DNA from: an uncultured Spirochaetota bacterium
Lineage (GTDB): Bacteria; Spirochaetota; UBA4802; UBA5550
DNA length: 24,000 nt
Direction: 5' to 3'
Assembly (NCBI GenBank): GCA_942491575.1
Contig: CALOBT010000025.1
Coordinates: forward strand, 2,334,321 to 2,358,320
Both the position numbers and the translations under genes were made by a program. The notes under the pieces are model-generated. The model did not search any database. It was not told the origin of the DNA and saw nothing but the letters and a program-made list of their open reading frames with translations. Shown one piece after another: positions 23,506 through 24,000 of the stretch; within the stretch, counting starts at the first letter, position 1, and every line of letters starts with the position of its first letter.

Positions 23506-24000
23506 TTATCTCTTATAGTAACGGGTTCCGCCGTATGGGGTTGCACCACGTTTATAATACCGTGTTGCCCCGCTGGGACGCTTGTAATAACGGGTGCCGC
23601 CACGATTGTAACTGGTACCGCCACTATTGTAGCTGGTTCCCCTCTTATAATATCTGGTTCCGCCGTAACGGCCGCTGTCATAGGCACCTTTTCCTACATG
23701 GAATGTATACCTGGCACTAACCATTCTCCGGGAAGTTTCATCTGTAAAATAAATCATTACATCATAGCTTCCTCCGGCGCGGCGGTTTCTCGGTACACGG
23801 TAGGAGTATCTGGCGCTTTCATAACTGTTAATGATGTCTCCCCTGGTTCTTACCTGCTCTCGCCGGCCACGGGCATAAGCGGCACTTCCGTTCATCCAGC
23901 CGGTAGTCTTTACGGTACGACCATTATGACGAATGACCATTCTTGTCTTAAAGGGGGCCCTGTTTTCTCTTTCAAGGGGACCCACCTTATAGTAGAAGTA
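23506..24000 (-). CDS. Hypothetical protein with a C-terminal Gly/Thr/Arg/Tyr-rich repeat tail; the 5' end probably lies beyond the window
   Basis: The frame is open to the right edge (…YFYYKVGPLERENRAPF…), so the GVG/GTG start at 23985 in the track may be internal. The product ends ...GGTRYYKRGTSYNSGGTSYNRGGTRYYKRPSGATRYYKRGATPYGGTRYYKR*. No family recognised. Confidence 0.55.
   Translation of the reverse strand, partial: YFYYKVGPLERENRAPFKTRMVIRHNGRTVKTTGWMNGSAAYARGRREQVRTRGDIINSYESARYSYRVPRNRRAGGSYDVMIYFTDETSRRMVSARYTFHVGKGAYDSGRYGGTRYYKRGTSYNSGGTSYNRGGTRYYKRPSGATRYYKRGATPYGGTRYYKR
23509..23673 (-). repeat. Degenerate ~24-nt tandem coding repeats (about 7 units) encoding G-G-T-R-Y-Y-K-R-like octapeptides
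   Basis: Plus-strand units include cttatagtaacgggttccgccgta, tttataataccgtgttgccccgct, cttgtaataacgggtgccgccacg and cttataatatctggttccgccgta. Confidence 0.7.

Noticed and set aside
23509-23673. Tandem ~24-nt repeats considered as a CRISPR or other non-coding array
   Set aside because: The units are contiguous with no spacers, degenerate, in-frame multiples of 3, and lie within an open reading frame. They are coding repeats, not a CRISPR array.
23472-23720. ORFs 23472-23687 (minus) and 23535-23720 (plus) over the tandem-repeat region
   Set aside because: They are alternative frames of the same repeats and yield low-complexity products. The frame ending at 23506 continues as an open frame to the window edge and is followed by a strong terminator.
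1-24000. Possibility that the hgc/ars block is a mobile genomic island
   Set aside because: No integrase, transposase, tRNA attachment site, flanking direct or inverted repeats, or conjugation genes are visible in the window. Composition looks broadly uniform by eye apart from the hemerythrin gene. This cannot be excluded without flanking sequence and computed GC and codon statistics.

Overview
24 kb of bacterial chromosome with about 23 tightly packed protein-coding genes. I found no rRNA, tRNA, CRISPR array, transposase or integrase. Lineage cannot be determined from the sequence alone; the gene content suggests an anaerobe rich in 7TM-receptor signalling proteins.

Layout:
- 1-4800 (minus strand): a consensus sigma70-type promoter precedes a REC-HisKA-HATPase-REC hybrid kinase, an ankyrin-repeat protein, a MoxR-type AAA+ ATPase and a VWA/HExxH protein that runs off the left edge.
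- 4862-9555 (plus strand): a zinc-ribbon NUDIX hydrolase, a 1025-aa 7TM sensor carrying two different histidine-kinase modules separated by a receiver domain, and a LytTR response regulator.
- 9604-12541 (plus strand): arsR, hgcA, hgcB and an HdrD/GlpC-like CCG Fe-S oxidoreductase, linked by overlapping or near-abutting stop and start codons.
- 12544-17866 (minus strand), converging on the previous operon with stop codons 2 nt apart: a second arsR, a DUF318/ArsP-like permease, a small Trx-fold protein, a TlpA-like thioredoxin lipoprotein, CcdA, ACR3, a hemerythrin and a Trx-type ArsC.
- 17984-24000: a 7TMR-DISM/PP2C (SpoIIE) phosphatase, an M23 peptidase, an O-antigen-ligase-like/TPR membrane protein, and a partial ORF ending in Gly/Thr/Arg/Tyr-rich octapeptide repeats.

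Most notable: a bona fide-looking hgcAB mercury-methylation pair (NVWCAAGK cap-helix motif plus a C-terminal TM domain; a 2x[4Fe-4S] ferredoxin ending in CC). It is led by a metalloid-type ArsR, followed by an uncharacterised CCG-domain Fe-S oxidoreductase, and physically joined to a thiol-redox arsenic island that includes an ArsP-like permease. No arsM or mer genes are present.

All functional calls come from motif reading of the translations. No database search was possible.
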